From the IMG/VR virus record IMGVR_UViG_3300045988_026919, positions 1 to 6,005 of that record: a stretch of DNA of 6,005 bases; one strand, written 5' to 3'. Shown in pieces: positions 1-4,649 of the stretch. Positions within the stretch are counted from its first letter, which is position 1; each line of letters starts with the position of its first letter. The stretch comes from a virus. A program made the translations under genes and the position numbers. The notes below the pieces were generated by a model, which was not told the origin of the DNA, made no database searches, and worked only from the letters and a program-made list of their open reading frames with translations.

Positions 1-55
1 AATCAGTGGAGGTACTTACAATGATTGGATTGAAACAGTATATACAACCGATTAC
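1..55. repeat. Terminal direct repeat, copy 1 (identical to 5951..6005); marks the closure point of a circular genome, not a biological repeat
   Basis: By direct comparison, aatcagtggaggtacttacaatgattggattgaaacagtatatacaaccgattac occurs at 1..55 and again at 5951..6005. The capsid reading frame is continuous across the junction. Confidence 0.95.
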
Positions 56-706
56 GTAAGTAGAAGCGAAATTCCTGAATACCAAGGAGGTATGTCTAGC
101 GAAATTCAATTCCAAGAAGTTGTAAGTAATAGCGCAACAGAGGGAGAACCGCTAGGAACGCTAGCAGGGCGAGGAATCAACGTCGGAAAGAAAGGAGGAG
201 ATATTACCATTAAGGTAACAGAACCTTGTTATCTGATAGGTATATGTAGTATCACTCCTAGAGTAGACTACTCTCAGGGGAATGATTTCGACATAATGTT
301 AGACAACCTCGATCAAATTCACAAACCACAACTCGACCAAATCGGTTTCCAAGACTTACTTACGTGGAAAATGGATGCAGAGCAGCTTGTGTATGCAAAT
401 GGAGTACTACAAGAATATAGCGTAGGTAAACAACCGGCATGGATAGACTACATGACTAATTACAATAAAACATATGGTAATTTTGCGGTAGGAGAATCAG
501 AGTCATTTATGGTATTAAATCGAATCTACAAAACAGAATGGGATGAAAATACGCCGAAATTAAACAATTCAACCTATATTGATCCACAAGCATATAATTA
601 TGTATTCGCAGACACAGATTTGCAAAGTATGAATTTCTGGGTACAGATCGGGTTTGATATTGAAGCACGTATCGTAATGAGCGCTAAGGTAATGCCAACA
701 CTTTAA
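1..706 (+). CDS. VP1: Major capsid protein, C-terminal part (continuation of 4650..6005); codon phase starts at base 2, TAA stop at 704..706
   Basis: The frame of track ORF 92..706 is open from base 2 (ISGGTYNDWIETVYTTDYVSRSEIPEYQGGMSSEIQF...) and is the same frame as 4650..6005 once 5951 is equated with 1. 1301 nt plus 706 nt gives 2007 nt, or 669 codons including the stop. Confidence 0.93.
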   Translation, partial: ISGGTYNDWIETVYTTDYVSRSEIPEYQGGMSSEIQFQEVVSNSATEGEPLGTLAGRGINVGKKGGDITIKVTEPCYLIGICSITPRVDYSQGNDFDIMLDNLDQIHKPQLDQIGFQDLLTWKMDAEQLVYANGVLQEYSVGKQPAWIDYMTNYNKTYGNFAVGESESFMVLNRIYKTEWDENTPKLNNSTYIDPQAYNYVFADTDLQSMNFWVQIGFDIEARIVMSAKVMPTL

Positions 707-717
707 TATTTTATGAC

Positions 718-1056
718 ATGAAAAAAGTAGGAATTAATTACAGAAGCAAACTAGGAACAGAACTAGTAGAGGGCGAGAGACTTGAATTAAAAATTGACAG
801 AATGACGCAAAATAATGAACCTATCGGAGATAGTGCGCCACTAATTTATACGCCAAGAAAAGACGGAGTAATAGCAGCATACGACATCCGAACGGATAAA
901 TGGGATATTGCATTAGATGCGATGGAGAAAGTTAACCGGACAAGAGATAAGATATCAGAATTAGGAGGAATGCGCGAGGCTAAGAAGAGTATTGACGAGG
1001 AAGCGAAAAAAGCCGTAGCCAACGGTGCAATTGACTCAAGAAATGAACTCAATTAG
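718..1056 (+). CDS. Small charged protein just downstream of the capsid gene; function unassigned, possibly a scaffolding or assembly protein
   Basis: 112-aa ORF starting 11 nt after the capsid stop on the same strand. The sequence looks like a real protein (…EPIGDSAPLIYTPRKDGVIAAYDIRTDKWDIALDAMEKVNRT…). I vaguely recall this segment from small proteins next to VP1 in gut microviruses but cannot verify it. It does not resemble the gokushovirus VP3 motifs I remember. The functional guess rests on position only. Confidence 0.7.
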   Translation: MKKVGINYRSKLGTELVEGERLELKIDRMTQNNEPIGDSAPLIYTPRKDGVIAAYDIRTDKWDIALDAMEKVNRTRDKISELGGMREAKKSIDEEAKKAVANGAIDSRNELN

Positions 1057-1265
1057 CATGTTACCACTTTGGCGAACGAAGTTCGTACGTGTGAAGTGAA
1101 CGACCATTAAGACCGGAGATTCCGCGGGGACGCTCGGCATAGATTGTCCAATAAGTTTACCGCGGAATCCTCTTTAAAGAGGGTGGTACGCACGTAGCAT
1201 ATATTATCCAGTTATAATGTATAGCTCTTTAAGAAAGAGCGAAATCAATGTAAAAACTTATTATT
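1057..1265 (+). other. Structured, GC-rich non-coding spacer between the capsid module and VP2, with multiple hairpins
   Basis: No ORF of useful length. My hand count gives 72 G+C in the 144 nt 1057..1200 (50%), against AT-rich flanks. Hairpins: CGAAC-GAA-GTTCG at 1073..1085. A perfect 10-bp inverted repeat, GATTCCGCGG 1118..1127 with CCGCGGAATC 1160..1169, extended by GGAC 1128..1131 with GTCC 1146..1149. The 14-nt palindrome CCTCTTTAAAGAGG at 1169..1182. GCTCTTT-AAG-AAAGAGC at 1224..1240. Possible long-range pairs are TACCAC 1062..1067 with GTGGTA 1183..1188, and TACGTG 1086..1091 with CACGTA 1191..1196. Confidence 0.75.
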
Positions 1266-2378
1266 ATGGGATTTGTAAAAGAAGCGTTAGGAATGATTGG
1301 CAATGCAGCAATAGGAGGATTAGCCAGCGGAGTAGGAAGTTTCATAGGCGGACTATTCGGAGGAGGAGGAATAGGTTATCACGACCAGAAAAAACTAATG
1401 GAAAAACAGCACGGGTATGAATTGGAGAACATGGATTACCAAGCAAAACTTAACGAAGAGATGGCACAGAGAAATCAAGAACGCCAGAATGAATACTTCG
1501 GGATGACAGCAGAATACAATTCGGCGAAAAATCAAAAACAACGATTAAAAGATGCGGGCCTAAATCCTGCATTAATGTACGGAAGCGCAGGGAGTGGCGG
1601 AGCAGGAACAGGAAGTACAGGAGGAGCAAGCGGCAGCGGTGTCGGATTATCTCAAGCGCAAGCAGTAGGAATGGGGCTCCAACTAAGCCAAATCAAAGCT
1701 CAAACAAATCTGATGAACGCAGAAGCGGCCAAAGCATATGCCGAAGCGAACAAGGTCAAGGGAATAGACACGAAAAAAACAGAGAAAGACATTGAAGAAA
1801 GCGATGCAAGAATCAATGAAATCGTTGCAAAAATACCCTCAGTTAAGCAACAATATTACGTTAACAAGGCCTATGAAGAATTGCTCAAAACATCCGGAGA
1901 ACTAAACAAGAGTATAGCAGCAAAAACAGACCAAGAAAAATTAAATTTAAAAGTTCAAGAACATGTATTATTTAAAGAATTCGACAAATTAGTATCCGAA
2001 ATTGACGGAATAAACCTAGACAACGACCAAAAAACAATCATAAAAAACTCGTTGCAAAAGAAAATCGATTCAGAGATTCGCTTAAATACGATGAAAGCAG
2101 TAGAAGCCGCAGCAAATGCCAAATTTACCGAGGAAAATATAAAAACCATCGACGGCCAGTTGCAATTATGGGGAAAACAAGTTGAAAATTGGGAGGGACA
2201 GCGAGAAAATGTCAGAAAACAAATTGAGGCACAGATTGAGCAATGGTCGCAGGAAAACATGTTCGCGGGGAAGAGACTCGATTTAGAAGAGAAAAAAGCC
2301 ATAGCGGACACAATCTTAAGGGGCATAGAGATTGTACAGGGAATTGGCCGAGCAGTAGGAACAGCAATGATTAAGTAA
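1266..2378 (+). CDS. VP2: DNA pilot / minor capsid protein (Microviridae VP2, functional analogue of phiX174 H)
   Basis: 370 aa. The N-terminus is Gly-rich and hydrophobic (MGFVKEALGMIGNAAIGGLASGVGSFIGGLFGGGGIG). The motif RLKDAGLNPALMYG matches the AGLNP..LMY signature I recall from gokushovirus and alpavirus VP2. A Gly/Ser linker follows (GSAGSGGAGTGSTGGASGSGVG), then a long charged C-terminal half that looks like coiled coil. The position between the capsid module and Rep also fits. Confidence 0.85.
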   Translation: MGFVKEALGMIGNAAIGGLASGVGSFIGGLFGGGGIGYHDQKKLMEKQHGYELENMDYQAKLNEEMAQRNQERQNEYFGMTAEYNSAKNQKQRLKDAGLNPALMYGSAGSGGAGTGSTGGASGSGVGLSQAQAVGMGLQLSQIKAQTNLMNAEAAKAYAEANKVKGIDTKKTEKDIEESDARINEIVAKIPSVKQQYYVNKAYEELLKTSGELNKSIAAKTDQEKLNLKVQEHVLFKEFDKLVSEIDGINLDNDQKTIIKNSLQKKIDSEIRLNTMKAVEAAANAKFTEENIKTIDGQLQLWGKQVENWEGQRENVRKQIEAQIEQWSQENMFAGKRLDLEEKKAIADTILRGIEIVQGIGRAVGTAMIK

Positions 2379-2379
2379 T

Positions 2380-3384
2380 ATGTGTTTATATCCAAGATTG
2401 ATACCGAATCCTAAATACAGGACTTCAAAGAAGAGAGGGTACTACAAACCCTCTCCACATGATGAAAGACTAAATTACGTACCGGTGGCGTGCGGAAAGT
2501 GTTACGAGTGCAGGAAAAAGAAGGCTAGAGAATGGAGAATCAGACTAGCAGAAGAGATCAGACACAACAAGAGTTATTTCGTAACATTAACAATTGATGA
2601 CGAAAATTTAGAAATGCTAAAAAACGAACTAGAAGTTAAATCCGTCAAGGGGAACGAGAACAATATAGCAACACTAGCATTAAGAAAGTTTCTAGAACGA
2701 TGCAGAAAGAAAACAGGAAAATCACTAAAACACTGGTGTGTAACTGAACTAGGAGAAGATAGGGGAAGAATACATTTACATGGAATATTCTTCGGAAACC
2801 AAGCAGCGGAGCTGGTGATAGAAAAGTGGAGATACGGATATGTATTTATTGGGAACTTTGTAAACGAAAAAACAATTAATTACATCAGTAAGTATATGCT
2901 GAAAGACGACTTAAAAAACAGAGAATTTACAGGAAAAGTATTAACTAGCGCAGGCATGGGGAAACAATATTTTGAACGCGGAGACTGGAAATTCAACAAG
3001 TACAACGGAAAGAACACAAGAGAATACTACGTATTCAAGAACGGTACTAGAGCGATGATGCCAAGGTATTACAAGGACAAGATCTATAGCGAAGAAGAAA
3101 AAGAACTGCTTTGGCTACAGAAGCTAGATAAGGGTGATACATGGGTAATGGGGGAAAAGTGTAAGATAGATTCAGATGAGTATAAGAATCTTCTAAGTTA
3201 TTACAGAGAGCAAGCCAAACAGATACACGGGGATAATATAGCTCTATGGAAAGAAAAACAGTATTGGCGAAGACTAGAAAAACAAAGAAGTATATACAGG
3301 AAACGAAAGAATATGAACCAATATATCGACAGACAAACAGCGGAAACGATAAACAGCTACGAAATTGGAGGGTGTCCATTCTGA
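2380..3384 (+). CDS. VP4: Rolling-circle replication initiation protein (Microviridae VP4 / phiX174 A family, HUH endonuclease)
   Basis: 334 aa, starting 1 nt after the VP2 stop. N-terminus MCLYPRLIPNP plus the Cys cluster CGKCYEC. Motif 1 is FVTLT (2578..2592). The HUH motif is IHLHGIFF, with H-L-H at 2773..2781. The two-tyrosine motif is YISKY (Tyr codons at 2881..2883 and 2893..2895), with the same Y-x-x-K-Y spacing as the catalytic tyrosines of phiX174 gpA. Confidence 0.93.
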   Translation: MCLYPRLIPNPKYRTSKKRGYYKPSPHDERLNYVPVACGKCYECRKKKAREWRIRLAEEIRHNKSYFVTLTIDDENLEMLKNELEVKSVKGNENNIATLALRKFLERCRKKTGKSLKHWCVTELGEDRGRIHLHGIFFGNQAAELVIEKWRYGYVFIGNFVNEKTINYISKYMLKDDLKNREFTGKVLTSAGMGKQYFERGDWKFNKYNGKNTREYYVFKNGTRAMMPRYYKDKIYSEEEKELLWLQKLDKGDTWVMGEKCKIDSDEYKNLLSYYREQAKQIHGDNIALWKEKQYWRRLEKQRSIYRKRKNMNQYIDRQTAETINSYEIGGCPF

Positions 3385-3403
3385 CATGTAATAGTATCAG
3401 GCT

Positions 3404-3425
3404 GTTCTTTGTCTCGGCAAAGAAC
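3404..3425 (+). terminator. Hairpin 20 nt downstream of the VP4 stop; possible terminator or origin-associated stem-loop
   Basis: GTTCTTTG (3404..3411) pairs perfectly with CAAAGAAC (3418..3425) around the 6-nt loop tctcgg. The nearest T-run (about 3445..3451) is roughly 20 nt downstream, so this is not a canonical intrinsic terminator. Confidence 0.3.
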
Positions 3426-3469
3426 CAAACCGACCCCTTCTCTCATTTTTTATTATCAATGCTGATGGG

Positions 3470-3491
3470 GAAGTGTTAAAGAAGTGTTAAA
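3470..3491. repeat. Perfect tandem duplication of the 11-mer GAAGTGTTAAA (iteron-like)
   Basis: Copies at 3470..3480 and 3481..3491 are identical. They are followed directly by agtcagtca, with AGTC twice. The repeat is non-coding and lies between the post-Rep hairpin and the promoter-like motifs. Confidence 0.85.
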
Positions 3492-3503
3492 GTCAGTCAT
3501 TTA

Positions 3504-3535
3504 TTTGGTTGGCTTATATTTTTGTATTATCTTTG
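3504..3535 (+). promoter_or_regulatory. Candidate Bacteroides-type promoter (-33 TTTG plus -7 TAnnTTTG) driving the small-ORF cassette and capsid gene
   Basis: TTTG at 3504..3507. TATCTTTG at 3528..3535 matches TAnnTTTG, with 20 nt between the two elements. A second TAnnTTTG match, TATTTTTG, sits at 3517..3524. This is the only sizeable non-coding region upstream of 3585, and an A-rich leader of about 50 nt follows. The consensus and its spacing are recalled from memory. Confidence 0.4.
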
Positions 3536-3584
3536 TGGTGCGAGAAAGAAATAAACACCATTAAACAACAAAAAATTTACAATT

Positions 3585-3797
3585 ATGGAAAAAGAAATAG
3601 AAATAAGAGCCAAAGAAAATAACTCATACAAGCTAATCCTCAAACTAGAATTAAACGAAGAGGACGAAGAGTTATTAAAGAAAAGATTCAACTTACTTGC
3701 GTTATCACCAAAACTAAACAATGAACAGAGTGAAGTAATCGAAACACTGTTCGGGTATTATTGGTACAAAAATTGCGAAATCAATATAATTAAATAG
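3585..3797 (+). CDS. Hypothetical small protein (70 aa), first gene of the small-ORF cassette
   Basis: First ORF after the promoter-like region. Its stop is 1 nt before the next ATG. The charged helical segment (EIEIRAKENNSYKLILKLELNEEDEELLKKRF) and aromatic C-terminus look like a real protein. I recognise no family. Confidence 0.6.
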   Translation: MEKEIEIRAKENNSYKLILKLELNEEDEELLKKRFNLLALSPKLNNEQSEVIETLFGYYWYKNCEINIIK

Positions 3798-3798
3798 T

Positions 3799-4017
3799 AT
3801 GAATAAGATTTACAGCGTGTTAAGAATAGACAATTGGGATAGAGCTCAATCAGTCTACGAGGGAAGAATTAGAGACTGCAAAAAAAGTTTAAAAACAATT
3901 GCAGAAGAGTACAAAAAAAGAGGATGGAGAACAAAACTATATGATTACACGCTAATCATAAAACCAGATTCACAAAACGAAAAACAGTATATCTATCTAA
4001 TTCACGAACCCGAATGA
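3799..4017 (+). CDS. Hypothetical small protein (72 aa)
   Basis: ATG is 1 nt after the upstream stop, and the double stop TGATAA is followed 1 nt later by the next ATG. Balanced composition (…WDRAQSVYEGRIRDCKKSLKTIAEEYKKRGWRTKLYDYTLIIKPD…). No family recognised. Confidence 0.6.
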   Translation: MNKIYSVLRIDNWDRAQSVYEGRIRDCKKSLKTIAEEYKKRGWRTKLYDYTLIIKPDSQNEKQYIYLIHEPE

Positions 4018-4021
4018 TAAT

Positions 4022-4213
4022 ATGAGAAACAAAACAATAGCGGTGATTGCAGACAAAGAAACAGGAGTTGTTAAGTCAATAGAAGCAGAGGTAATTGTCT
4101 CACAGAGGGAATTAGAATCTGAAATAAGATGGGAATGTATGGCAGCAATCAAAAAAATAATTAACAAAAAGAAATACAAAATTATCAACATAAATACTTA
4201 CTTTTATGACTAA
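4022..4213 (+). CDS. Hypothetical small protein (63 aa)
   Basis: Tightly packed, and its 3' end overlaps the next ORF by 8 nt (tttATGacTAA), a typical translational-coupling arrangement. No family recognised. Confidence 0.55.
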   Translation: MRNKTIAVIADKETGVVKSIEAEVIVSQRELESEIRWECMAAIKKIINKKKYKIININTYFYD

Positions 4214-4400
4214 AGAACAGAAAGAAAAATTAATTACAGCAGTAGTCACATTCATTACTACAGTGCTAAGCATCCTGTTTTTACAGGCATGCACAATGAG
4301 TATGAGTATCGCCAAAAACAATAACGGTACTTTTGAACAGAGACATGAAAACAGTACTAACGTGGATAGTACGAAAATTAATAACAATTTTAATAAGTAA
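4206..4400 (+). CDS. Small membrane-anchored protein, possibly a lipoprotein (64 aa)
   Basis: The N-terminus has a charged n-region (MTKEQKEK), an 18-residue hydrophobic stretch (LITAVVTFITTVLSILFL), then QAC with Cys29 at 4290..4292. L-Q-A-C is an imperfect lipobox. A polar, Asn-rich tail of about 35 residues follows. Confidence 0.6.
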   Translation: MTKEQKEKLITAVVTFITTVLSILFLQACTMSMSIAKNNNGTFEQRHENSTNVDSTKINNNFNK

Positions 4401-4405
4401 AAATT

Positions 4406-4645
4406 ATGGAAAGAAACGGAATGAACCTATTCAGAGTAGAAAAAACAAGAGTAAACGAAGAAGACATGTACGTAATCGTATGCGGGAAATATCGCGCGTC
4501 AAAGATGGAATTCAAAACAAAAGAGGGTGCAGAAGACTACATTGCAAACTCGATAGACTGGGACATGCTAGTAACCATTGTAGGACAACTAAGCGAGCAT
4601 ATTGCAGAAAAAAAAGTAAACGAAATGTTAAATAATAAACAATAA
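4406..4645 (+). CDS. Hypothetical small protein (79 aa), directly upstream of the capsid gene
   Basis: Starts 5 nt after the previous stop and ends 4 nt before the capsid ATG. The composition looks globular (…MYVIVCGKYRASKMEFKTKEGAEDYIANSIDWDMLVTIVGQLSEHI…). It resembles a small phage protein pattern I only vaguely recall, so no function is assigned. Confidence 0.65.
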   Translation: MERNGMNLFRVEKTRVNEEDMYVIVCGKYRASKMEFKTKEGAEDYIANSIDWDMLVTIVGQLSEHIAEKKVNEMLNNKQ

Positions 4646-4649
4646 GAAT

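Noticed and set aside
654-661. TTGATATT, identical to the core of the phiX174 origin (CAACTTG/ATATTAATAAC, recalled from memory) that contains the gpA nick site
   Set aside because: It is only an 8-nt AT-rich match, and the flanks diverge. A hit of this kind is reasonably likely by chance in 6 kb. It also lies in the capsid gene rather than in or near rep. It is worth including as a substrate in a VP4 nicking assay, but it is not evidence of an origin.
92-706. Track ORF 92..706 (204 aa), preceded by a textbook AAGGAGG at 85..91 and so resembling an independent gene with a strong RBS
   Set aside because: The same frame is open upstream to base 2 and continues from 4650..6005 across the circular junction. 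The ATG at 92 is an internal Met of the capsid protein (…EYQGGMSSE…), and the SD-like string simply encodes Gln-Gly-Gly. Internal initiation cannot be excluded, but nothing supports it.
1213-1218. Perfect sigma70-type TATAAT hexamer 48 nt upstream of the VP2 start
   Set aside because: There is no TTGACA-like -35 at 17 +/- 1 bp and no TG extension. The hexamer is expected by chance in AT-rich sequence, and the inferred Bacteroidota host uses a different promoter consensus.
1214-1223. ATAATGTATA, identical to the end of the XerC arm plus the central region of E. coli dif (GGTGCGCATAA TGTATA TTATGTTAAAT, recalled from memory), suggesting a Xer-dependent attP
   Set aside because: The flanking arms match poorly, about 4 of 11 positions on each side, and this includes the normally best-conserved XerD arm. 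The matching 10-mer is AT-rich, and E. coli is not the likely host. The general Xer/attP idea is kept only as one hypothesis for the whole structured spacer.
1217-1420. Arg-rich 67-aa + strand ORF overlapping the VP2 start (…RRTIRRRRNRLSR…), superficially like a basic J-type DNA-binding protein
   Set aside because: The Arg run is the frame-shifted reading of the GGA/GGC repeats that encode the VP2 Gly-rich N-terminus (GGAGGAGGA read as AGG AGG). The ORF starts inside the hairpin region with no supporting signal. It is most likely a compositional artefact, weaker than the 4333..4635 case.
1955-2395. Minus-strand ORFs: 146 aa at 1955..2395, and also 846..1052, 3047..3379, 3527..3721, 3997..4191, 4112..4387, 4512..4736 and 5100..5300
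   Set aside because: All lie antisense to well-supported + strand genes. Their products are low-complexity Phe/Leu/Ser/Ile-rich strings, as expected from reading the complement of a purine- and A-rich coding strand. Known Microviridae transcribe only one strand.
3246-3479. 77-aa + strand ORF overlapping the 3' end of VP4 and extending into the spacer
   Set aside because: It is an out-of-frame reading of the Lys/Arg-rich VP4 C-terminus. It has no plausible domain or TM segment, and it ends within the tandem repeat. Nothing separates it from a chance ORF.
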